DNA of 64,000 bases from Antedon mediterranea (Eukaryota > Animalia > Echinodermata): NCBI RefSeq assembly GCF_964355755.1, contig NC_092672.1, positions 24,503,237 to 24,567,236 of the forward strand. Direction: 5' to 3'. The notes beneath the pieces are model-generated. The model ran no database searches. It was not told the DNA's origin and was given only the letters and a program-made list of their open reading frames with translations. A program made the translations under genes and the position numbers. The first letter of the stretch is position 1. Each line of letters begins with the position of its first letter. Positions 1 through 14,100 of the stretch are shown one piece after another.

Positions 1-2072
1 AATGAACACAAATAAAAAACAACAAAAAAAACAACTTTTTACCATAAAAAAGACTTTCTGAGATAACAGTTTTAATTATTGTTCTTTCTTCATTAAATGT
101 TATTTTTTAAATTGATATTCTATTTCTTAATTTAAGAAACAAAGATTTATTATCAATTATTTTTGTTTAAAAATCAGTAGTAAACATAAGTTGTGTAAAA
201 TAAATATAGTTTGAATTACTAGACTATAGTACTATGCATATTCTGAGTGGCATTACTCACTAAGGTTGGAGTGACCCACTCATACCCATACATTCTTGTG
301 AACAAAAAAATGTATAATTTTTCATGAGCCTTTGTTGTACAGCAGCTGCCGACAAACGTACTCGCTAATCAAAAAATTCATTATCTATATATACCCCATT
401 CGCCAAAAATATTTACCATAGAGGAAGTATTGTTTTGACCATTAATTATTCAATGATAATCTGACGGTAATTATACTTAGCCCCTATGTTGACAGCCAAA
501 ACATTGTTTATTGAACATAGGTCAAACTAATGTCTATATACATCTCATAGACTCTCTGTGCGCATGCCCAGTTTGAGTTAAAAAATTCCCATTTAGACTC
601 TTTTCCCAGACGTGCTTTGAGGTGTGCTCATGTCCAGTTTGTGTTTCTAAATACCCATTTTTTGAGCCTTAATAAACTATTTTAAGCCTGCATTGTAAAT
701 GTTTCCTAATGCTTCCATTCTCTTGAATGCAACTGCCTACAAAAAAAAATTGAAATTGAAAATTTACTTTTTCATTAATTTTATTTACTGAAGTATAAAA
801 CATTTCAATAGAATAAGCAATGATTGGAACATGTGATACAGCACTTTATTTGTTTATTGGTATACTCAGTATGCATGGTCTACTAGGAAAGTTGTATGTA
901 GCCTCAGTGAATATTATTCACATCCTATACACAATGTATATTATTCCACTGTTTGTCTTCAATGTTTTTCAAAATAATATATTAATATTTATTAGCTTGT
1001 TATAAAATCATTAGTTATAGGATTTATAGTATAGATAATTTTTAGTTGCATTGAATCTTTTTCAAATGTTGGTATATATACATGTGAATAAATAATGTTT
1101 ATTTCTTTGTTATAATTACTGTATAATGATTTATTTCCAGTGATTTTTTTTTATATCTTTGAATTAAAAAGAATAACAATTTTTATGAATTTGTTTTAAT
1201 GTAAATTTTATTAATTTTTTGTAAGTCAATTCAATAAGTATAACACAAATAATAAAGATCTTAAAATCTATTAAACTGTATAAATGTTAAGTTTGCATTT
1301 CTTATGTACTGTATTGATTTTCAGATTCAATATTTTTCACATTGATATGATTTGTTTAAAAGTTCTTGGTATTCTGGCATCAGCCAAACCTTTACCCATT
1401 TTAATTCTCTGACAGGCTTGAGCTATTTAATTCAGGGAGGTATAAAAATGGTCATGGTATTTCTAAAAACTGTCCATTTGATCTAACAACTTTAAAAAAT
1501 GAAACAAATATGGTTCAAAAAGATGTCTACAATTAAATTGTCCATCTTTTTTTTTATCAGATTAAACTCAAGATTAACATTGTTACAATCAATATTTAGA
1601 CTAATATGCTACACTTGCAAGAACTTGTACTAGCTAAACTCCACCACCACACAATAGAGCAATGAACTATTCTTTGCTCTATCATCACATAAAGGATGAA
1701 GTTAGTTATACATGCCCCTGAAAGTAAAAGTTTGTATGCCAAACCTTCAATAATTTAATATTTAAAAAAAAAATATATAAATAAAACTAAAAAGTGATTG
1801 ATATTTAAATATCAGCAACAACATTTTGACATTAAAATTGAAATAATACAAATTTGTATAAAAGTATATAAAATAATTATCATATTAAAAAAAAATGTAT
1901 ACAAAAGTAGAAATCAAATTCAGAAACTAATTTGACTTGGTTCATTGCGTATGATGATGCAGTAAATAGTTGCAAATTGATTTTTGTAAAGTAAACCTCT
2001 GTATAAATTACTTAACAAATGAATATGTGTACTGTAAGATATAACCAATATTGTATGTATTTCATATTATAG

Positions 2073-2171
2073 AATGGTTGGACAGCTTTGCATTCAGCAG
2101 CAGCTAATGGACACCCAGCCTGCTGCAGCCTGCTGGTGAATGCAGGAGCAGGTGTCAATGTATCAGAAGAA
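2073..2171 (+). CDS. ROCO gene exon, ankyrin repeat (NGWTALHSAAANGHPACCSLLVNAGAGVNVSEE)
   Basis: 99 bp, phase 0-0, atag|...|gtaagt; 33-aa ankyrin consensus. Confidence 0.9.
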
Positions 2172-5100
2172 GTAAGTCATCTTCATTATTATTTATTTTT
2201 AAATATACTGTATAACATTTTATTTTTTAATTATAATGGTCTTTTGGGTAATAATATTTAATGTATAAAACTTCATTGATGCTGAAATTGGCATAATTTG
2301 AAGATATTCAATATATTTTTTTTTCTCTGATATTTAATCATAAAAATTGCTATGACACTACATTAACATTTTGTCATGTATTTCCATTGAACAATTAAAA
2401 CAATGCAAATGATAGTGCCAATTTTACTTAACTAAACTACAGCAACATGCTATATGCACAATTGAAATATATCATCCTTATTCCAAAGTGTTAGATACAG
2501 TAATTTAAACAGTTTTGTGAACACTAAAACTTCACAAAATTTCAATTTTTCTTTAGATCATTATGATTTTGTATATCTTAAAAGTTCAGTTTTTAACCAA
2601 AATGATTTAATAATTTCTGAAACACTTTGATTCAACCTATATATCACATAGAGGTACAAATGATCAAAGATGCTAGTTGATAGACATATAGACTGTATTC
2701 ATTTATTTTATAATTATCATCATACTCATTTGCCATACTCTCCTTTATTCCTTTCAACAACATCACCACCAACTCCAACCACCTCCTGGTTATAGTCACC
2801 ACCACCAATCCCAAGAATGATGATGCAGAATTTGGTTGAGAGCTAAAGTGATCTGTTAATACACACCACAATTATAATTCTTTGTTATTAGGTTGTAATT
2901 ATTTTTTCCATATACAATATAAGATACAGATAGTATATCTGCCACATTTATTCTTTCTTTATACTCGGTATTAACAAACATAAATAAAACTGAAATAGCG
3001 GCACAAATATAATTTTGTAAGTTATTTACCGTACCTAGTTTTTAACAAATCACCTTACATAATAATTACCGTACAGTATCAAACCACCATTAAAATGTCA
3101 TACAAAATTTGTAAAAATAAACAAATCATCATTAGCATAACTAGGTGATAATTGATCCATTGTAATATTTTTAGTCTATTAAAAAAAATGTTTATGTCTT
3201 AACATTTATTTAAATATACATACACACATAGTAAATTATAGTTAACAAAAAATAAAGGGAAATTGTTTAACACTAAACAACCTACATTAGTGGTGAAAAA
3301 CAACTAAGAAACACAAGAAAGCTGAACTAGACTTAAATGTTCTACACAACTGTAACAAGTTCAGAGTGTATCCAACATTTAACATTATGACATATTTTAG
3401 ACCACTGACAATGGTGATCACCAGGGGCCGGATTTATCAAACTTGCTTAGCAAAAAAATCGTCTTAACTTTGCCTTAAATCCTTGATTTTGTCTAAGTCA
3501 GATTTATCATTATATCTAAGCAAAAAAATTTGCTTAATTTTGTCTTAAATCTAAGACAAACAACACCCTGCCTTAAGATGAAAAATTTCGTCTTATCTCA
3601 TTTCTGCAACAGAAACGTTCTTTTTTGACAACGCGAGCGCGCTAGGCCGGAACATTGAACATTCGGAAAGGCTACGCTAGTGCGTTTTCCGCTGTACTAC
3701 GGACGCTAAAATAATGATATCGATCTTCATAAAGATGGCCTAGAAATTGGACGAGCAAAACTAATATTTTCGGGATAGGTACGACCCAATTGACTAACTT
3801 TTAGAAAACTGTATCGGCTGCCAAGGGTCGCTGTCATTGATAAAAATAAATAAATGTTGATTTGATTTAAGTTTAGAGCGAATGATTTTCGTATGTATTT
3901 CCGACTGTTGTGCTCTTTCTCTATTTTAAGTAATAAAAACAATAGTAGCCAGAATGCGCCCTCTCTTGTTGGGAGTGAAAATACGGAGATAAAATGTTAT
4001 AGCGCCGCCATCGCTAAGAGAAAAAAGGTAATACGCATGCGTAAGCAAGAATTTTTCGTCTTAAGACATAATTTGCTGCCCTCTAGAGTTTAATTTTGCG
4101 CATGTGCAAAGTAAAATTTACCTAAGACAATTTTTCTGCTAAGATATTGCTAAGACGGTTTGATAAATAAGATTAAGTTATTTGCTTAAGCACTTCTTAA
4201 ATTTTTCACCTTAAGCAAAAATATAAGCAAATATTGATAAATGCCAACCCAGTGCTTTGCAAAGTCTGCAGTTGCACTTTATATCATGTTTTATTCATTC
4301 ATATTTATCTCCATCATCCAACTTTATCAAACAAAACTTTTTTGAGGATAAACATACAGTAGCTATATGTAAGGTTCAACTTTAATAATTTTAAAAAGTT
4401 TAACATTTTCTAACATTAATGTTAAAAGATTACTTTTAATTTCAATTTTCAGTACAAGCTATTTAACAATTAAAAAAAAATATATGCCAAGTTATTGTAG
4501 CATAACTTTATATTTTAATCAATGGATGTAAATGACTTTGCATTATATAAATGTATTACAATTGTTTATAAACTCTTAATTGTTGTAGATTCTATTTCAG
4601 CACAACTTTTTTTTAAAACTAATATTAACCTTGGTTCATCCTTGTTTCAGTTGATGGTCCTACCTTTTCAATAGAATTACATTCATGTTCACAGAGTAAA
4701 TTAAGATTTATCTCCTTTTAAAATTAAATTCAATAAAACTATATCCCATAACAATTTTCCTATGAATAAATAGATGGAATTATTCTTAGTTTATTGATTT
4801 GATTCAGACCAATTTCATACACATTTAGCAATATTTGTTTCATTTTTTAACTAATAATATGCATAGAAAATGTTTATTTTACAACTACAATACCTCATTA
4901 AGTAATTCATTTATTTACTTTTTTATGGCTTTAACTAGTTGAATTCTCTCATGGTACCAATATAAAGTCTTAATTGGCAATAAATTTCTATTGATCATAC
5001 ATTCTAATAATTTATGTTTCATAATTTTTTGGATTTTATTGTGTTACAATAAAGGAAAAATAAACGGTGCGGGAAAAAACATTATCAGATGACTAAATAT

Positions 5101-8100
5101 ATGTAATATAACGTTGTAATACATTTCTGGTGTTTTTGTGCAACTTCAAATTTTTATTTTTGTGCTATAGTTTAGGAGTAAACTAAATTTATCTTCCCAT
5201 TTCCACCCTTTTTAAGACAGAATAGTTCAACTTCCCTTCCCCTGTAGTAGAGCACCGTATCAAGAATGTTAAATAACAGACAAGAGACATAAAATTGCTT
5301 GTCTACATACACTTTATTCACAGTACACATTTGGCTGAATGCATATAACAACATTACTATAAGCCCAACAATTGGGAAACCTTAAACATGCTTTTTAACA
5401 ACCTACCTTAAACCCCTGCGTTAGCGGCTAAGGTAACACCAACCCAGTGAATGCTATGCAGTCCAAATAGATACTTATTGTACCCACATCTTCGTAAAAT
5501 ATCCTTAAATAGCACGGCAGCGTGAATAGGACATCTTTCTAGCATGTGCCTACTAGTTGATTTCACTGACTAAATAGTGCTAATGTGGTTCCATGCCTTC
5601 TACTCTCTATCAGCATGTATAAAGACACAGGTATCTGTGTCCAACAATAATGTCCAACCACCAATAGTTTTGATAGTTCAAACACTGAATTATTTAATAT
5701 TTTAAATAAACCAAAATAAATTTACACTATCTAGTATCTTTGTAAAAAAAATCTTTTACCCAAACCTTGTATTATTTTAGATAAATACAGAATTTAATTT
5801 ACAGTATTGTGGTACAAAACTATGAAACCAAGACCTTCTGTTTCTGAATTATTTCTTGTAGATGTTAAAACTTTGATTAGTTTTATAAACTACACCTTTT
5901 CACCTTCTGTCAATTATATAAGAATGTATTTATTCTGTTACTGACATTCAATGATTCAGGTTTCTCATTCATTTAATGTTCAAGCAGTATGTTATAATTT
6001 TTTTTTATTGAGAATTGTCCTATAATTTCACATATAAATTCATTATTCCCTCAGATTTGGAATCAAAATAAAATGTACAATGACTTAGGAATGTATTTAA
6101 TAATTGCCTTGATTTAATGCACAACTATTAATTTAGATTGTATACTGGCTTTTTCTTTTATCCAAATGTACATATGAAAAACATAAGCACTCATTTTGAG
6201 GACTTGTGATGAGTTGAAAATCAAATAACAATATTATCAAGTTAAAGTTCAATACACTTTTTTCTGTAATGGTCAAATGAATACAAAACAGAAAATATAT
6301 TTAGGTTACATTTGTTTAAAAGGTAGCATGAAAATATATACAATAAAATACATGAATAAAGGTAATGACCATTACAGGAACCAGAAGTTAAAACTAATAA
6401 ATAAATTCAAAAGAAATATAGACAATAGCGTATTATTTCATCAGAAAAGTAGTTGGACAGATAATGATTTTTCAAATATCATTTAAAAGTTTTTAAAATT
6501 AGAAACAATGATTAAATCAAGACTATTCCACTTATATTTGGGGTATCACTTGGTTTGTCAATTAAAAAAATTAATATATTTTTGTTAAATACTTAATTTT
6601 GTAGTTAAGCATCATTTGTTGGTTTATAATTGCTAAGCCTTCACTCTCGGATTAGAGAGGGCGTAATCACCAGCCCGAACAATTTTACAGTACTGTATAA
6701 GTAAAACATTTTATTTTAATTTCTTTAGAATACCAATATATTTAGATATTTGATTTGATAAAAATTGTTGGCAGCCAATAATCTAAAAGACCAAGGATTG
6801 ATACTTCACTTTTTCTTTAAATTAATTTTCTATTAAAAAACATAACAATTGTTGTTTGTAAGTTTATATCTAATACAATTAGTTTTAGCTGTATTAATTA
6901 ATAATTGGTTTGTAGTAAACCATTCACTAGCTTATTTAAATCTAAATTAAAAAATTTCAACAAGACATCAATATTGTTATTAAAATATAATAAAGTTGTA
7001 TCATCTGCAAAAAAAGGGTTGTCTGGAAGATTTACTAATTATTAATTTGAAATAATGATTTTCATCTGTAAAATAGCTTTTACACTAATCTAAGAAAGGC
7101 CCCAAAATACCATATTTACCTTGATTTACCTTGACCTTTAGACTATAAACCTGTTAAGGTTTGTGAGTCCCTCTTTGAACATCTTGGTTATATGGCTCAA
7201 AACTTTAGGTTGTGGGTTTTCCAGTGTGTTTCAAGATGGGTTTTAAAATTATTTATAGAGGATGCATTTACTATATGATATGGCAAACTATTCCAATCAT
7301 TTACTGCAGATATTGAAAAGAATTTCTGTCTGTGTTTCGATTTACTATGAACTTTTTTAATTTTAAAATTGTGGCCTCTAGTTACAGTAGATGGTGCTAA
7401 TTCAAAAAAAACACCCGGATTAACATTATCATACTTTTGTATCATTCTAAAAATCTGTAAGCAGCAAGACCTCTTTCTTCGAAATGCTAATGATGGCAGT
7501 TTCATAAATTTCATTCGGTCACTATATGGTTGAGTTTTAATTTCCACAGCAAGTTTTGTGGCTCTTTGCACCATAACGAAACAACTTGAAAATATTATGG
7601 TTAACAACATCAACATTTTAGAAAATCTAGAAAAGTACTTCATAAAATTAATTGTTTTCAAATGCAGTATTAAGGGAATTAGTGAGTTCAAGAAAAGCAT
7701 GACAAGTGGTATTGTATGCATACATTTTTCATTATTTTTTGAAAAAAAATGGGTAAAATTAAGATTGGTATAAAAGTATCCGTTTTTAAATACAGGATTA
7801 ACTTTTAATATGATTAGGAACAGAACCCATCATGAATGATGGCTTACAATTAATGGCGCAACCTTTTTAAGAATCATGCCCTCAACCTTTACTAGAATAT
7901 AAATTATTAATTATATTAAGCACTTCTGTTTCAGATATAAATGAGAGGCTATATGGGAGGTGGTAATTAAGAGATTAGGTCTTTGGTATTTTTAGGAATA
8001 TAGAATTACAGGTAGTTCTACACATTTTTGAAAAATAATCACTGAATTCTGGCTAGTTAGATTTGTATAATATTCATCATTCATGTATTTTTACTTTCTC

Positions 8101-11100
8101 TACCAGGATTAATTACAGAAATTTTTACTTCTCATTTTTTTTAAATGTTACATTTAATCTGATTGAATTTAGTTTTGTAGCATTTTTTTCATTTGAAGTG
8201 CAGCAGTATAATGTTGCTATACTTTTTATATCTTGAGATATCGGAACATTTATGAATTTATTTAAAGTTTATGCTTACGTTTACTAAATTTATTTAGGTG
8301 GAGTGGGTAGAGGGGTGTCATCCATAGTTGTTTTAGTGTTGTTTTTTTCCTTGAACTGCAAAAAGTTTATAAAAAAAAATGTATCCAACATTAGAATTAA
8401 CTGTACAGTTTAGACCAATCAGTTGCAAAATGCACCTATATCTCTAATTCAGTATGAATGTTCAGGAACGTCAACCTATTTTAAAGTTAATCATAATCAA
8501 TTATTTTTTAAATAGGTAAATGATCAGAGATGTCTGTAAAAAAGTGTGTAAAAATAAGTTCTGCATTAATTTTTTTTTTTCTCGTTGGTTTATAAATCGT
8601 AGGGAAAAAAGAACAATAATTGATAAGATGATACAAAATAACTATTAATTAGATTATGCTTATTAATTTGATTAAAACAATGTTGTATTTTCTCACAATA
8701 TTCCAAAATTTTCATGATTTAAATTTTGAAAACAATTAATTTATAATAACAGCAAAATGTTCTATGTTATTATATTTCAGTTGACTTAAATAAAGCCAAT
8801 TATAAAATTCTTTTTTGTTTTATTGATTTATAAAAAGCTAATCAGATAGTTCTTTTGTCAATAATAAATCTGGTCATATTTTGTAATAAATAAAAACTGA
8901 AATAAAATGTTCATAACATATTTTATTAAATACATTATGCATATTACAAAGATGGTAGCCGGTAGATCATCTATCACATAAAAGTTTGTTGTCTTCAAAT
9001 CATTGCCTTAGCTTTTCGAATCACAATGGATCTCTACAAATGATAATGTGTCTTGGGCATAGATCTTCACCTTAATTTTTCCAGTTCAGTATGCATTTTC
9101 AATCAAAATATTATTTAAGCCAAGATCAGTTTTAAATATGTTCTTTACAAGTTGCATTTGATCTTTTTCTTGATATCACCAAATCTTAGAATTTCTTTCA
9201 ACTGGTAGCAATTCAGCTTTCATGTAGAGTATCCGGTTTAGATTTAATGTTCACACATTCATGTCAAACTATCCGTTGTAGCTTTAAATTTATCCTTAGC
9301 TTTATTTTGAAGTTCCATAACATTTCTGTTTAGCAATGATTGTTAGCCTTGCTTTAGTGATGATCTTTCCTTGTCAATCCTAGTATTTATGTCAGCTGCT
9401 AAGCTACTGTACCCATGGCTTTAAATTTGCCGAATGATCAACTGTTGGGAATTAAATATTATGCGGAGCAACTATGTCTTCACTCAGAGATGTCCATAGC
9501 ACTTCAATTTTACTGTAAAGAAGAATTTGGGTTCTCTACACTAAGGTTATTCACACGACAGTATGTAATAGTGATATGTAAAAGGAATTTAATAATAAAT
9601 CTTAATCAGAAATATAAAAATGTATTTAATTAATACAAATTGTTCAATATAAATTAAAGTATTTAATATTCCTAGAGTATTATCACAAATAGATAATCAT
9701 TTCAATTTGTAGCATTCAAAATACAGTAGGAAGGTTAGTTTATAATTTTATAATTCTATTACTCGATGGGTAGACACCCCAAAAATTTATTTTTTTTAAC
9801 TCCATCTTTGGTATTGCATTCTTTGAAAATTACCTTTTTTTTTCAATGAGCTTGCCTGAATCTCCGACTGTCTGGTGTTTTCAATTCTCCTTCTCCTTCC
9901 TTTTTATTTGGATATAATATCATATTTTGTATCATCTTCTTCCCAACTTTTTTATTTTTTTCTGGGAGCCTAGGCGTAAAGTTTTTAAGCTTATGTAGGT
10001 TTCCTTCCACACATACTATGTTTTTTATTGGTTATCACAAGTGTTTATATAATTATTATTTTTATTATTCAATATTTATTGAATATTGAATAAACAAATC
10101 AAATCAAATAAAAGAAATCATAATATAATAATTTTGTGTATGCTAAATGCCTTAGTAAACAACTCACATGTTGTACAGTATACGAATACCATTGGGCTAC
10201 TGGTTTAAATTTTGGTTTATATCTAGTAAGACTAATAATACAATTAATGTGCATTACTAGAGTAAGCTAAGCTAGTGGCATGTTTTGAAATTAAAATGAC
10301 CATTTTAATTAACTGACAAATATAAATGAAAGTGAACCTATTGTTTAATAGTGAGTATACGTGTATTCTTTAAATGTTATGATTTTCTAAAAACCAATAG
10401 AGTTAGCCGAGGCCTCTAGGCATATAATACATAGCAGACAATATTTTTGAATAGAATAAATAAATAAAATACTTTTTGTCTTTTTTTAATTAGACAATTG
10501 GATTAATAAATACATTTATAGTTGTGACTACATTCAGGTGTCCTGTAAATAATTTCATGTTTTTTTCTGTTACTTATTCATTTTTTCATTTATACTTCAA
10601 GTATGTCACTGTAGTAAAAGAATTGTCAGGAAAGATGTCATGCAACATGGAAATATTGCTGTTTCAGGACATGACAATATCATAACTCAGGTTTCAATAG
10701 GCATACAGCAAAGACTCTCCTAATATTAACCATGATGTGTATGGTTTCCTAATATCTGACAGTACTTATGTTGTTGCACCATCTGGTAAACAATCACAAT
10801 CTGTATACTCAAATGTTTCTTTAATATTTTTGAGCTGGGTCTTTAGGCTTTTACAGTTTTTAATATTCTATTCATGTTTTTTATTTTAACCCTAAACTTG
10901 TAACTGTGATATTCATAAACTCCAACAGTGTATTTTTGTTATGTCACTAACAAACTTCCTTCTCATTTTTTAACCAAATTTCTAAAATTTTCTTAACAAA
11001 CTCAGAAATCCATTCATACAACACTAGGGCCTCACACGCCCTTCATCTTCCTTTAACTAAACTTTCTTTAATTCAACACAATGTCCGATCTAATGATTTT

Positions 11101-14100
11101 TGTCGACCGCTTTTCGTCTCCTCTGCCCCATGGCTACTAAATTACAATAATTACCATTTATATCAATTATTGTCTTTATGCTTCCTGTTTGTTTTTTTTT
11201 GTGTGTGTTTTGTTCTGTCTTTTTGTTGTTCTTTTTAGTCGCGTGGACGCGACTCTATAGTTCACCATGTCGGTCTGTCGGTCTGTCTGTCGGTCCGGTA
11301 TCACTATTTTAGAACGCGACTTATGGCTGTTGGCCTTGTTTTTTTTCAGTACACACAATATGTTACATTTATTGTACCTGGCTTGCCTACCACAAGTGTC
11401 AATTAGAGTAATCCAATTGATGTATAACTTCTAGCTTCTTCTTTTTAGCATTTTTAAAAAATTTGTTTATTTTTTGAAGCAGGATTATATTTATTATTTA
11501 TTTTAATTATTTATTTTTGTCAAATGTTAACGTTTTATTTGAAAGAAGAAGTAATAAATGTTACTTGAAATGAAATGAATTTATAAATTACTATTAACTA
11601 TTAGGGAAGAAATCAAATCAAATAGTTTATTCATATCAACGATATTGCAAAATTATTTATGGAGTATGAACAAATTATCTATGTGTTAACTGTTTTTATT
11701 AACTTTTTTAAATTGTATTAATCTATTAATCAATTTTTCCTGTTATAATCTTTTGTGGTCATTTTTAGATTATATTTTGTATTGTTTTTAATATGCACAC
11801 ATTATGTTTGTGAACAAGCTCCATTACAAAAATGATTTTATTATTATTATTATATTATAACTTATATTATCAAGGTTCTATCTTTTATTTTTAAATGAAT
11901 CCCAAAAGTTTGAGACGTGTCAGTCTGTAATAGTGTAAAAGCGGTGGACAGAGATAAAATCCTTTTTTTTGTAGTATAAATGAAGCATGGCCTCCTGAGC
12001 TCCATTTGATTCTTTCAAAGTTAAAATAATATATATACTAAAAGGAAAATAATATGTGTTACTAAGTCACGTATCCATGGTGATTGTGATGACAGGTCCA
12101 GACTCTATACTATACCTGATATTAGGATACTATCTGAATTAATATTCAGCCAGTGTGCAAAAACTTCTGGATACTATTTAAGTTGATTATCAATGACTTA
12201 AACAATTTAGCTTTCCTATAATGCTAAGACCTTTTTAATGTTTATATAATGCTTTTTTTTATAATTATAACTCTTTTTAATGTTTTATACACATAATTAC
12301 AGTATACATGGATAAAAAGGTTAAATAATACACGAAAAAAAAAAGGAAAAGGGATAATAACAATTTAAACAGATTATAAAGATGCAATATTTAGAACAAC
12401 AACAAATATTGCGGATTGAATTGTGTCTTGTTGTGAATGAATGATTTTTGGTCTTTATTTTGAATATTATATTGATAAAGATATACAACAATTACGAAAA
12501 AAGGAAGATTATATTGGATAACAATGATCAAATAGATTATGAAGATTGTAGATTTATGACAACTACTGTATTACATATTACTGATTAACTTGTATTAATC
12601 ATGTCATTGAATGAATGAACAAAAGTGCTGGTTCAAGCCACAAAAGAGAGAAACAAAAGACAGTGCTAGAACCCTGGCGCATTTAACATCGTGGATAAGA
12701 GAATGATAAAGTTACATATTGGCTTTCTGTAGTTTGCAACGCCCTTTTCATTAATTGGGTACGTGTGTTAATAGAGCATTTTCACACATTGCATACAAAA
12801 ACAAGTCATGATATTATTTTATGCTCACTAAACTGAATTCAGAAGAACATCAAATATATACTTATAAATAACTAGATGGTACGCTCGCTTCGCTCGCGTA
12901 CCATCTAGGTCGTGCCCACAGATGGTTCTCGAATACACAGTAATTTCAGGGTAAAAAATCTGGCGATTTCAAATGCACGTTCCACAGGACTATAATACAT
13001 TGTCGTTTACAGAAACGAATAAGTAGACACAATGATTTATGTAGTCAACCAAAATTAGCACCCTGGGAATTACTTCCGAAAGAGAAACTTACCACAAAAT
13101 GAGTCCAAATTTTTTATTCATTTAAAGAAACCCAATTAGGGTTGAGGGATGGGAAAGAGGATAGGTACAAAGAGGAACAATTTTTAAATATATTCTTTAT
13201 CTACGTCAGTAACGAAATATTGTTTTCATTTTTTATAGGCCTATAAATAATATACCACTAACGGTGACTAAATATAGTAAAACATTTGCGATTTAATACA
13301 CCACTACGACGTTTATATTTTTTTGTAATTATTAATTAATGCAAACGTTGAGAAGTAACTGTCAGTAAAAAAGTTTATTTGTATATTACGTGTTTATATA
13401 TCTAACAGTAGAGCCTACCCATAATCACTGTAATAAAGTTTATTTGTATATATTTTTTTACATCTAACAGTATTCACAGTAAAAAATGTTTGTATATATT
13501 TTTTTACATCTAACAGTATTCACAAATGTTCGATTCAAATGACGACCAAAAATAGTTAATAGGTATTTGCAGTACTGTATTGTCAAAGTATTGCAAGTTT
13601 ATTCTCCAAGGGCTCATAAATTTACCTACTTGCGTTAAACCAAACTGGCAGACTGAGAGATTGGAATGTTCCATTCATCGCAAATCAATACATTTGTAAA
13701 AACGTAAATTAAATCTATCAAAATAGTATTTTTTAAAGAAAATCGGCCTGTCTTCAACATTATGATGCTGTACTCGAGCAGTTCAACCGGTTTTCAGCTA
13801 TTAAAAACAATTATCGTAGGAGGAGATAGGAAAATGCGAAGCGTCCTCGTATTATTGTGTGCGGGTTTTTTTCAAGTTGGACATCCATTAGACAGTGTAT
13901 ACCACGATCGGAAAACACCCCTATTTGGGGCAAATCGTTGAACCTAAATTCGTTTTAATCGTCAATAACTAATTATCTAACTCAATTTAATTAGTAAACA
14001 GGGTTACATCAGGTGGTTAAAATCATTACCGAAAGTACGAACCAACTTTATATACCATTGAGTAAAAATTCTAGAAGTAAGGCGCGATTTACCGAATTTT